Shown one piece after another: positions 1 to 7,553 of a stretch of 64,000 bases of DNA. The notes below the pieces were generated by a model. The model was not told where the DNA came from. It worked only from the letters and a program-made list of their open reading frames with translations, and ran no database searches. This stretch comes from a virus. The position numbers and the translations under genes are program-made. The stretch is from the IMG/VR virus record IMGVR_UViG_3300037232_000040. The stretch is one strand, 5' to 3'. Positions within the stretch are counted from its first letter, which is position 1; each line of letters begins with the position of its first letter.

Positions 1-1
1 A

Positions 2-418
2 ATGGCAACTAAAACTTGGATTACCGACGCAAACAATAACCGCTGCTCCATTGATTATTGGGGGTCGCGTGAAGCGGCACAGAAGGCGCTTGATAGCCTC
101 AAAAACTGCTCCGACTGCTCCGACTGCACCGACTGCTCCGACTGCACCGACTGCTCCGACTGCACCGACTGCTACCGCTGCTCCGACTGCTCCGACTGCA
201 CCGACTGCTACCGCTGCTCCGACTGCTCCGGCTGCTTCGGCTGCTCCGACTGCTACCACTGCTCCGGCTGCTTCGGCTGCTCCGACTGCACCGACTGCTA
301 CCGCTGCTCCGACTGCTCCGACTGCACCGACTGCTACCGCTGCTCCGACTGCTCCGACTGCTCCGAATGCTACCGCTGCTCCGACTGCTCCGAATGCAAA
401 TGCAAATCCGATGTGTGA
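2..418 (+). CDS. Cys-x-x tandem-repeat protein, copy 1 (35-aa unique head plus ~32 consecutive C-x-x triplets)
   Basis: ATG at 2, at the window edge, so upstream is unseen. Head is MATKTWITDANNNRCSIDYWGSREAAQKALDSLKN, followed by CSD/CTD/CYR/CSG/CFG/CYH/CSE triplets without interruption. All three forward frames are open through the repeat. This frame was chosen because it carries the ATG and the non-repeat head shared with 3053..3394. Confidence 0.6.
   Translation: MATKTWITDANNNRCSIDYWGSREAAQKALDSLKNCSDCSDCTDCSDCTDCSDCTDCYRCSDCSDCTDCYRCSDCSGCFGCSDCYHCSGCFGCSDCTDCYRCSDCSDCTDCYRCSDCSDCSECYRCSDCSECKCKSDV
105..400 (+). repeat. 9/18-nt tandem repeat (tgc-nnn-nnn)n underlying the Cys-x-x protein
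   Basis: Direct reading: tgctccgac tgcaccgac tgctaccgc ... repeated about 32 times. Confidence 0.9.
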
Positions 419-653
419 TAACCGAACACAAGCGCAGAAGGACGAAGCGGCCGTGCGGAAAGCTGTGGAGCAAACGCGCCGGCTCTGGGAGAGGTATCAG
501 GCCATCTCGCAGGCGGTGGCGCTCCGCCAGCTAGCGGATGATACCGATGATCCCGTGGCAGTCGGGGAGATGGTAGAGTTGCTGGCGCAACAGTGGGTCA
601 CGCTGACGCTGTTGCTGGGGATTTCTGAAAAGGAGAAACGCAATGAACGATGA
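411..653 (+). CDS. hypothetical protein (80 aa)
   Basis: ATG at 411 overlaps the previous stop (ATGTGTGA). It sits in the frame of track ORF 51..653 downstream of the repeat. No motif recognised. Confidence 0.4.
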   Translation: MCDNRTQAQKDEAAVRKAVEQTRRLWERYQAISQAVALRQLADDTDDPVAVGEMVELLAQQWVTLTLLLGISEKEKRNER

Positions 654-1002
654 CGACGAGATCGAGGAAGAGTCCGAACCGAAAGTTTTATGCGATCTCT
701 GCGAGAAGCGCCCCGCCCTAAGCATCACCGACGTAGCTGGGACGAATGCACGAGCCGAGGCCGCGGAGTCGGAGCGCGACCGACAGTACGAGTTCAACGC
801 TGGAATGATTGCCAAACTTGCGGCAGCGGAGTCCCAGGTAGCTGCGCTCACCAGCCACTTGGCTAAAATGGAGTGTCCCGTATGCCGAGAAAGCCTCGGT
901 AGACCCCATTCAGAGTTTTGGAAAGACTGTTCTGACTGCGAAGAGCAACGCGCTGCCCTCTCTCATTCCAAGGAAGCCGCGCCGGGAAAGGATGGATTCT
1001 GA
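643..1002 (+). CDS. hypothetical protein, acidic N-terminus, two CxxC pairs
   Basis: Track ORF of 119 aa. Start overlaps the previous gene end. Contains CDLC and CPVC pairs. Confidence 0.5.
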   Translation: MNDDDEIEEESEPKVLCDLCEKRPALSITDVAGTNARAEAAESERDRQYEFNAGMIAKLAAAESQVAALTSHLAKMECPVCRESLGRPHSEFWKDCSDCEEQRAALSHSKEAAPGKDGF

Positions 1003-1180
1003 TGCCGCATGTAGCGCTGCCCGAAGTGTCTCAGGCTGATGCTGGCAGTCTGGAAACGGTGTCCTGTTGCGAGGCCGAGCCCCGGCGGTTCTTGGCCAAG
1101 TTTGGACGGCACTCTAGTAACCAACGCAACTAGCACGAAATAGGGATTTACAAACGGTTGGGTTGTAGTAATCTGATTGC

Positions 1181-1312
1181 ATGAAACGTTGTCAAGCAGG
1201 TGGTTGCAAGGAGCGATACAAGCCGAGAGTCTGGTGGCAACGCTATTGCAGCCTGAGATGCAAAAACCGGGAACTGATACGCCGATACAGGGCAAAAAAG
1301 AGAAAACTGTGA
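1181..1312 (+). CDS. small basic Cys-containing protein (43 aa)
   Basis: Own translation: MKRCQAGGCKERYKPRVWWQRYCSLRCKNRELIRRYRAKKRKL. The QRYCSxxC plus basic tail pattern is common in small phage proteins. Too short for the ORF track. Confidence 0.4.
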   Translation: MKRCQAGGCKERYKPRVWWQRYCSLRCKNRELIRRYRAKKRKL

Positions 1313-1467
1313 TCGACCAAGAGAAATGCGAAGAATGCGGCAAGTACCTGGATGACTGCGACTGCGACGAGCTTGCAGTCATCGCTGACGAAGGCGCCCC
1401 TCAGTTTGACAGCAATCGCAACTGGAGCAACCTACCCATGGCCGAGCCGGAAGATGAGGAGTCCTGA
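1309..1467 (+). CDS. hypothetical acidic protein (alternative ATG start at 1258)
   Basis: GTG at 1309 overlaps the TGA of the 1181..1312 ORF (GTGA). Frame is that of track ORF 1177..1467 and ends ...EPEDEES. The last 24 nt lie inside the 35-bp repeat also found at 48230. Confidence 0.35.
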   Translation: MIDQEKCEECGKYLDDCDCDELAVIADEGAPQFDSNRNWSNLPMAEPEDEES

Positions 1468-1478
1468 TATGAAACCGA
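1444..1478 (+). repeat. 35-bp exact repeat (partner at 48230..48264) spanning a stop codon, an RBS-like GAGGAG and the ATG-AAA-CCG start
   Basis: gagccggaagatgaggagtcctgatatgaaaccga is read identically at both loci. Confidence 0.9.
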
Positions 1479-1747
1479 AATTCACCCTCACGATCGTGCT
1501 GGAAAAACACGAGATCGGAGTTCCAGCAACAACGGTACAAAGCGGCCATCTCGTCGATGTGGCGGCCAACGAATCCGAAGCGGTGGAACTCTACGCTGCG
1601 CTGCTCAACATGGCTTACAAGTGGCGCGACAAGATGGATTCCGAGCATATCGTAGCTCAACCGATCAAGCCGCTCACTTGGTGGGAAGAGTGCCATACCG
1701 AGCCGATCAAGCCGTTCATTCACGTATTCACGGAGCCTAAGCCATGA
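1469..1747 (+). CDS. hypothetical protein (92 aa)
   Basis: ATG at 1469, one nt after the previous stop, with GAGGAG upstream. Begins MKPKF. Confidence 0.55.
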   Translation: MKPKFTLTIVLEKHEIGVPATTVQSGHLVDVAANESEAVELYAALLNMAYKWRDKMDSEHIVAQPIKPLTWWEECHTEPIKPFIHVFTEPKP

Positions 1748-1842
1748 CCGCCTACACCGCTATCGTGTTCGTGATCGGCCTGCTGTGCGGCACCACCGTG
1801 GGGTTCGCTGTCTCATCTATCTTGCTGGCAGGAAAGGAGTAA
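1744..1842 (+). CDS. small single-pass membrane protein (32 aa)
   Basis: ATGA overlap with the previous stop. Own translation: MTAYTAIVFVIGLLCGTTVGFAVSSILLAGKE. Confidence 0.4.
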   Translation: MTAYTAIVFVIGLLCGTTVGFAVSSILLAGKE

Positions 1843-1845
1843 GCC

Positions 1846-2028
1846 ATGGCTGACACAGGCATACGAGAAAGTGGAATGACCGGAATCGAGCGTCACTGGT
1901 TCGAGCAAGCCGAGGAGCAGCAAGCCGCTATCGAAAAGTTCTGGCAAGAAATCATCGTGGCCGATATTGACGAGCTACGAAAACTGGAGGAGGCGTTCCG
2001 TGGAAGACCAAACGACACAGCCCACTAA
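1846..2028 (+). CDS. hypothetical protein (60 aa)
   Basis: Track ORF, tightly packed after the previous gene. Confidence 0.45.
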   Translation: MADTGIRESGMTGIERHWFEQAEEQQAAIEKFWQEIIVADIDELRKLEEAFRGRPNDTAH

Positions 2029-2941
2029 CCTGATTCAGAAACTTGCCGAAGCCTGCGATGCGGTTGGAGGGGTCGAAAAGAAGGGCCACAACGACGCCCA
2101 ACGCTACAAGTACGTCAAGGCAGCAGATATTGCCAAGGCGATCCGGCATGAACTGTTTGGCCGGGGAATTGTCATCCTCCAACACGAACATGAGCCCGAA
2201 TACCTTGAGGTCGAACTCACTCCAGATCGGGACAACAAGCCTCGTAAGGCATTCGAGGTTCGCATCCAAATCGAGTTCCGGGTAACAGACGGAACCACGA
2301 GTATTTCGCTGGACGCCTACGGCACGGCCCGCGACTCTGGCGATAAGGCTATCTGGAAGGCCAAGACCGGAGCTCTGAAATACTTCCTGCGAGGCCTGGG
2401 GCTGATCCCTGACGAGAAGGACGATCCCGAACACGACGCACCGGGCGACGAGGAAGCAGGCGAACTCCACAGCGCCACCAAGCAAGACAATACTGTAACT
2501 CTGGCTGGAGTCATAACCGCCGAGAAGCAGAGCGAGAAGGGTATCTGGTACACCATCCACACCTTGACTGCTGAGGGCGAAGCCGATGCCTATGTGCTAT
2601 CTCCGAATGATTCAGGCCGGCTGGCCGAGAAGATTGACTGGCTGGTGAACCTGCGCGTCCGCCCGCTGGTTGTCTCCAAGCCGGGACTGTTCTTTACCCT
2701 GGTTGACGTGCTCACTGTGCGCAAGCCGGAAAATCCGGACTCCGAGCCTGCTACCCAAAACGAGCGCAAGAGCGGGATAACCACGAGGCAGATCAATCGG
2801 CTATACGCCATCAAGAGTTCAAAGGGTATATCGGACACATGGCTGACCGACGCCCTGGGCCGGGAAGGCTTCGAGCATACAAACGATCTAACCCCTCTGG
2901 CCTACAAGCGGATTTGCGATGAAATGGAGTTGATGGCATGA
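1967..2941 (+). CDS. erf: ERF-family single-strand annealing (recombination) protein
   Basis: Motifs QRYKYVKAADIAKAIRHELFGRGIVI and GDKAIWKAKTGALKYFLRGLGLI resemble the ERF superfamily core. The true start may be a downstream GTG near 2000, because the ATG at 1967 overlaps the previous ORF by 62 nt. Confidence 0.7.
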   Translation: MTSYENWRRRSVEDQTTQPTNLIQKLAEACDAVGGVEKKGHNDAQRYKYVKAADIAKAIRHELFGRGIVILQHEHEPEYLEVELTPDRDNKPRKAFEVRIQIEFRVTDGTTSISLDAYGTARDSGDKAIWKAKTGALKYFLRGLGLIPDEKDDPEHDAPGDEEAGELHSATKQDNTVTLAGVITAEKQSEKGIWYTIHTLTAEGEADAYVLSPNDSGRLAEKIDWLVNLRVRPLVVSKPGLFFTLVDVLTVRKPENPDSEPATQNERKSGITTRQINRLYAIKSSKGISDTWLTDALGREGFEHTNDLTPLAYKRICDEMELMA

Positions 2942-3052
2942 GCGAAGTACGCATCGTGGTGCCTCTCCTGAAATAAATATCAAAGTGGGTACGAACGGGG
3001 GATGACAGAGTGATGGCGTGGGAGCATTATGCAGACATCAGGAGGCAATCAG

Positions 3053-3394
3053 ATGGCAACTAAAACTTGGATTACCGACGCAAACAATAACCGCTGCTCC
3101 ATTGATTATTGGGGGTCGCGTGAAGCGGCACAGAAGGCGCTTGATAGCCTCAAAAACTGCTTCGACTGCACCGACTGCTCCGACTGCTTCGACTGCTCCG
3201 ACTGCACCGGCTGCTACCGCTGCTCCGACTGCTCCGACTGCTACCACTGCTCCGGCTGCTTCGGCTGCTCCGACTGCTCCGGCTGCTCCGGCTGCTTCGG
3301 CTGCTCCGACTGCACCGACTGCTCCGACTGCTCCGACTGCTACCACTGCTCCGGCTGCTTCGGCTGCTCCGGCGATATTGGTTTTACGGTGTGA
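3053..3394 (+). CDS. Cys-x-x tandem-repeat protein, copy 2 (~24 triplets)
   Basis: AGGAGG lies 7 nt upstream of the ATG at 3053. The first 109 nt are identical to 2..110. The repeat array and C-terminus then differ (ends CSGDIGFTV). Confidence 0.65.
   Translation: MATKTWITDANNNRCSIDYWGSREAAQKALDSLKNCFDCTDCSDCFDCSDCTGCYRCSDCSDCYHCSGCFGCSDCSGCSGCFGCSDCTDCSDCSDCYHCSGCFGCSGDIGFTV
3159..3372 (+). repeat. 9/18-nt tandem repeat of Cys-x-x copy 2
   Basis: Direct reading: tgcttcgac tgcaccgac tgctccgac ... Confidence 0.9.
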
Positions 3395-3657
3395 GTAGGG
3401 CAGGTGAACTTGCGTGTTGCAACGCAGATAGTTACGCTGCTAAGTGGTTGGAAAATATACAATTAATGAGTGTGTTACAGCACACAAACTTAGTGTTGCT
3501 AAGTTGCATAATGCCTTACGCAAACAGCCTGCCCGTAGTACCGAACACGCGGGGTACCTGCAATAGTTGCCAGCGTGGCGGCATTGTAGTCCTACAACAT
3601 GGTGGCGGAGTGCACGTGCTGGCCATGCACACGGTTGCCAGTGCACAGTGCCCCGGT

Positions 3658-3695
3658 AGCTATAGCATCCCGGAAGCTATAAGCATCCCGGAAGC
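3658..3695 (+). repeat. tandem 17/18-bp repeat in a non-coding leader
   Basis: agctatagcatcccgga is followed directly by agctataagcatcccgga. Confidence 0.8.
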
Positions 3696-3901
3696 CACCT
3701 ATGCCATACCACCCAACCAAGCCGTATGGCCCTGTGAGAATGTACCGGTGGCCCTAGCTACTGAAAAGCGCAAGCTATGCTCCGCCGTGCGCCACAGCAG
3801 CCCCACGGTAAGCGCACAGCCGGTGTATGCGCCTAACCGTACTACCAAGCCCTGCTGCGGTGGCAGTGGTGCGCACACCAAGGAATGCAAGGCGGTGCAG
3901 C

Positions 3902-4897
3902 ATGGCTAGCCCACACAGTGCCACCGCAGCCAAGCGCATACAGGCCGCACAGCGCAGCGGCAAACCGGCTAAGGCAGCTAAGGCAGCTAAGGCAGCTAAG
4001 CTGCTAGCCAAAGCTACAAAGCCCGTACCAAAGGTTACACACGAAATACTTGGTCCTGATATAGTTGAAGACTTCCTGCCTGAGTACCCACAGATAGGGG
4101 CTGGAATGCTGCTGCCTTCTATACTTACTGCGCCTACCGTAAGTAAGGCAGCACAGAAACGCGCTGAGAAAGCAGCGGCCCTGCAAGCCAAGGTTGCAGC
4201 CGCGCAGCAAACCGCTAAGCAGCGGTTGCTGGTAGTGGGCGACCACGTTGTAGAGTGCCGCCCATTTGCGGGGCAGCTTAAGCCCGAACCGGAGCCTGAA
4301 ACGCAAGTGGTGCCGCGTAAGCCTGCCACTAGGGTGGACGTTAACGTGTACCAAGTGTACCGAGACATTAACGGTGTGGCCTACTTGCGCGTAGGCCAAA
4401 GCAAAGACGGCGCAATGCTGGTAGTGAACAAGGGCTTTCAGGTGGAGCTAGTGGACATGCCCAACGACACCATCAAGGCTTTGAATCTACAGCCCGTAGT
4501 GGGTAGTAGCATATTGGATGCTGCAGAAAAGTTGTTGCACCCTATGAACGACCAAGCTACAATTTCTTTGCGTGCAAAAACACAACTGATTTTAATACTT
4601 GAAAACGAGGAGTTACAAAACATGGCTACCAAGAGCGTTGAAGCGAAGAACAAACCGGCGAAGTTTGCCAGTGTTAATGCCCCGGCTGCCAAGGGCAGCA
4701 AAGCCACCAAACCTGCCAAGGCTGAGAAGCCTGCTAAGGTTGAGAAGCCTGCTATGGTTGAGAAGCCTGCTATGGTTGAGAAGCCTGCTAAGGCCGCGAA
4801 GAATGCCACTAGCGGTGAACCAGCATCGCAACGCCCCAAAGCAGACAAAAACGACGAACTACGGGGCAGCCGCTTCGGCTACCTGTACAACAGCTAA
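3902..4897 (+). CDS. Lys/Ala-rich histone-H1-like protein (putative DNA-binding)
   Basis: ATG at 3902 within track ORF 3827..4897. N-terminal KPAKAAKAAKAAKLLAKATKP and C-terminal (EKPAKV/EKPAMV)x4 KAAK tails flank a globular middle. Confidence 0.55.
   Translation: MASPHSATAAKRIQAAQRSGKPAKAAKAAKAAKLLAKATKPVPKVTHEILGPDIVEDFLPEYPQIGAGMLLPSILTAPTVSKAAQKRAEKAAALQAKVAAAQQTAKQRLLVVGDHVVECRPFAGQLKPEPEPETQVVPRKPATRVDVNVYQVYRDINGVAYLRVGQSKDGAMLVVNKGFQVELVDMPNDTIKALNLQPVVGSSILDAAEKLLHPMNDQATISLRAKTQLILILENEELQNMATKSVEAKNKPAKFASVNAPAAKGSKATKPAKAEKPAKVEKPAMVEKPAMVEKPAKAAKNATSGEPASQRPKADKNDELRGSRFGYLYNS
4724..4795 (+). repeat. 18-bp x4 in-frame tandem repeat (EKPA[KM][VA])
   Basis: gagaagcctgctaaggtt / gagaagcctgctatggtt x2 / gagaagcctgctaaggcc. 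Confidence 0.9.
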
Positions 4898-4921
4898 AAA
4901 GATTAAGGAGACTAGTTCTTT

Positions 4922-5713
4922 ATGGCAGTGCAATGGAACGCAAAATGCACCCGCACTTCGGAGTATCGTTTCTATCCCGAAGACATCAAAATTAAACCTG
5001 AACTCAATGGTCGCCACGAACTCCCCGACGTGGAATGTTTGATCGAAGACATTACTCGCAACGGTCAGATTTCGCCGGTGACGGTACGCAACGATGGCGG
5101 AACGCCTGTCCTGGTCGCGGGATTCTCCCGCTGGCGCGCGGTGAGCGAAATCAACAAGCGCAAGTTGCTTCCCGTCAAGTTACAGATGCGCTGCACTTAC
5201 GTGCAGTGTTCGGAGATGGAGGGCTTCGTCGCTAACATCGCAGAGAACCGCTTTCGCAACGGCACTTCCTTGTTGGACGATGCTCACAACATCGCCAAGC
5301 TGATTCACAAGTGGAACCTGACGGAGCAGCAGGTCGCGGCGATCTACTTCCCCGACGCAGCGAAAGACGAGACGGTTGGGAAGGAAGCGCTGCGCTTCGT
5401 GAAGAAGCGTTTGGGACTGGCAACGCTGACCCCGGAAGCAGAGGCAGCTATTTTGAATGGCCGGTTGAAAGAGACCGCTGCGAGCGCTATCGCCAAACTG
5501 GACGCGGAGAACCAGCGTGCAGTGATCGCCAAATCAAAGGGCGGAGCAGTGAAGGGTAGCACTGTGGCCGCTGCTGGTGACAAGAAGACTCGCCGTTCGA
5601 TCAAGGAGCAGATCCGCGAAGTCATCGAGAGTGGTACGTTCAAGCTTGGCAAAGTAGAACATACTGCTGATCAAACCGTGATCGATTGGCTTTCCAGCCT
5701 TCTCAGCAGCTAA
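4922..5713 (+). CDS. ParB/Srx-fold N-terminal domain protein (ParB-like)
   Basis: ECLIEDITRNGQISPVTVRNDGGTPVLVAGFSRWRAV matches the ParB N-terminal box pattern (SI..G...P..V......G.rR..A). Confidence 0.7.
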   Translation: MAVQWNAKCTRTSEYRFYPEDIKIKPELNGRHELPDVECLIEDITRNGQISPVTVRNDGGTPVLVAGFSRWRAVSEINKRKLLPVKLQMRCTYVQCSEMEGFVANIAENRFRNGTSLLDDAHNIAKLIHKWNLTEQQVAAIYFPDAAKDETVGKEALRFVKKRLGLATLTPEAEAAILNGRLKETAASAIAKLDAENQRAVIAKSKGGAVKGSTVAAAGDKKTRRSIKEQIREVIESGTFKLGKVEHTADQTVIDWLSSLLSS

Positions 5714-5985
5714 CTCGGAAGCGCGAATCGAAGCTGGTTCGCGCTTTCGTTCAGGAAAACTGGCAGCTTGGGTTCTGTCTGGGAAACGTAGTGAAGTACG
5801 TAGCGCGCGCAGGGCACAAAGATAACGCACACATGTACTTTGATCGTGCACTTACATCCGCAGAAAGACGCACGCTGGCTCTGGCCAATAAGTTAGCCGG
5901 TATGCTGGAGTGTGTGCACGAGCGCAGCCTTGGTAACCGTTACGTAGAGCTAGCCTTTAAACATTGGCTTACTCATCCTGCGTGA
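5686..5985 (+). CDS. DUF3310-like protein
   Basis: FCLGNVVKYVARAGHKD resembles the DUF3310 GN..KY..R motif. Start is uncertain because the ATG overlaps the ParB-like gene by 28 nt. Confidence 0.5.
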   Translation: MAFQPSQQLTRKRESKLVRAFVQENWQLGFCLGNVVKYVARAGHKDNAHMYFDRALTSAERRTLALANKLAGMLECVHERSLGNRYVELAFKHWLTHPA

Positions 5986-6039
5986 AACCATAACCCCTAA
6001 CGAGACGGAGCTCGCAGTTGTTAAAGCAGTGCTGCAACT

Positions 6040-6567
6040 GTGGGAGGAGGCTACAACGTAATGACAGTGACACACATGCACACACCCGGTAAAGACGTAG
6101 ATAAGGGTGGTAGTGGCTACGTATACGCTACCTGTGTAATTTGCAGCCGCAAAATACGTCGTTGGACTGGCAGTGAAGGAGCACAGTGGGAGGTGCTAGC
6201 AGAAGCAAAGCAACCGGTGGTAGCAACAGCAACAGTCGCAACCTTAGCAGTACCCAAAGATGTTAAGGATGCCATTGATGACGACCAGCTTGCTGCTGTG
6301 GCTCGCAGTGCTAATGCATGGCAGGTAGGCGGTACGCACTACCAAGACAACGCAGTGCAGTGCCCACATTGTGGTGGCACGCTGCAGCACTGGGATATTT
6401 ACAAATTCTTTCCGTATATTGAAGGCGTTATTACGAAGTATCTTTGGCGTTGGCGTGATAAGAACGGTGTGCAGGACTTGGATAAGGCGCGCCACTACCT
6501 TGACAAGTTGTTTGAAGTGGCCAGCGGTGAGTTGATGAAACCTAAGCCGCAGCACAGAACACCGTAA
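6040..6567 (+). CDS. DUF3310 domain protein with N-terminal extension
   Basis: QVGGTHYQ ... ITKYLWRWRDKNGVQDLDKARHYLDKL is the DUF3310 signature. Confidence 0.65.
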   Translation: MGGGYNVMTVTHMHTPGKDVDKGGSGYVYATCVICSRKIRRWTGSEGAQWEVLAEAKQPVVATATVATLAVPKDVKDAIDDDQLAAVARSANAWQVGGTHYQDNAVQCPHCGGTLQHWDIYKFFPYIEGVITKYLWRWRDKNGVQDLDKARHYLDKLFEVASGELMKPKPQHRTP

Positions 6568-6584
6568 GCTAGAGCACAAACGAA

Positions 6585-6647
6585 TAAAGGCCAGTAGGCA
6601 CTCCCCCAGTACATCGGGCAAGTGCCTACCGACCTTTGTTGTTTTTA
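6585..6647. terminator. bidirectional hairpin terminator between convergent operons
   Basis: 9-bp stem gtaggcact (6594-6602) pairs with agtgcctac (6621-6629). It is flanked by aataaagg upstream and ctttgttgttttta downstream. Confidence 0.5.
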
Positions 6648-6665
6648 CGGTGGATTTAGTTTGCA

Positions 6666-6705
6666 GGGCACAGTGGGGATGCTGCGTGCCCCGCACACTG
6701 TGCCC
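6666..6705 (-). terminator. 10-bp stem hairpin downstream of the protease gene
   Basis: gggcacagtg pairs with cactgtgccc. No U-run follows, so it is weak as an intrinsic terminator. Confidence 0.3.
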
Positions 6706-6752
6706 CGGGCCGCATGGCTGGCCACCACCTACCATGCGGCAACTTATAGACC

Positions 6753-7553
6753 CTAGTGCCAAGCCGGGCCAAGATGTAGTACCCAAGCATCATTAAGGTA
6801 CTGGTTAACGTAGTTGTACGGCAGCCAGAAGTCACCGCCTTGGCCCCACGTACTGCCCCAGCTGTTGCGTTTGTGCAGTGCACCTTGTGAGCCATCAAGG
6901 TTTTGGTGTTTGTCATCGTAGCCAAAGGTAAGCGTACAATGGCCGCCCAGCGACTGCTCAGTGCTGGCAGGCATAGGTACTTCACCACTGCTGGCTACGG
7001 CATCACTTTCAAAGGAATTAAAAACATCAATGCCATCGACAAAGCAGTAGCCGCTGGCTAGGCACCCTTTCATATCGCCTAAAGTAGGCAGTGTGTGATA
7101 TGCTCCACCCTTGTACTTAATCGCATCTGCTACAGCTTGTGGACTGGGTGGTGTGTTTAATGTGGCTGGCCCATAAGCATCGTCAACTTCTGGGCACACC
7201 CCAAACTTATTTAGTACCTTAGCACCGGTACGCACCATGCCGCCGGCATCATTGGGTAAGGTACCTTCGAGCTGGCGTACTAGGTAGTAAATGTCTTGCG
7301 GGCTAAACTCCGGTACTGCTGTAGTGTACGGACCGAACTTGCGGAATAGCCAAGCCGCAAACCCTTGCCACCCGTGGCCTACGCAGCTGCCTTCCTGTCC
7401 TTGGTCACGTACTGCACCTAACAGTGCACCTTCGTCAGCTGCAATGGGCTGCACAGTAGTACCAGTTAAGCGCAGTATCTTGTCACGGGTGTCAGCGCTG
7501 TCCCTAAGCTGGCCGTACACACGGCCAGCTGGCGAAACTACAAGTGGGTTCAC
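6753..7553 (-). CDS. papain-family (C1A-like) cysteine peptidase
   Basis: All catalytic boxes are present: Q..GSC in DQGQEGSCVGHGW, His in LGGHCTLTFGYDD, and Asn/Trp in KRNSWGSTWGQGGDFWLPY. No signal peptide was seen. Confidence 0.8.
   Translation of the reverse strand: MNPLVVSPAGRVYGQLRDSADTRDKILRLTGTTVQPIAADEGALLGAVRDQGQEGSCVGHGWQGFAAWLFRKFGPYTTAVPEFSPQDIYYLVRQLEGTLPNDAGGMVRTGAKVLNKFGVCPEVDDAYGPATLNTPPSPQAVADAIKYKGGAYHTLPTLGDMKGCLASGYCFVDGIDVFNSFESDAVASSGEVPMPASTEQSLGGHCTLTFGYDDKHQNLDGSQGALHKRNSWGSTWGQGGDFWLPYNYVNQYLNDAWVLHLGPAWH

Noticed and set aside
51-653. Alternative frames through the Cys-repeat DNA (APTAPT... forward frame; 99..473 RSSRSS... reverse; likewise 3018..3398 and 3038..3346)
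   Set aside because: They are open only because the repeat lacks stops in every frame. They lack the shared ATG/RBS and the conserved non-repeat head. This is not formally excluded without expression data.
3391-3909. 172-aa ORF filling the gap before the KA-rich gene
   Set aside because: It has a GTG start without an RBS, is Cys- and Pro-rich and does not look protein-like, and overlaps a repeat- and palindrome-rich region. It is treated as a non-coding leader, though with modest certainty.
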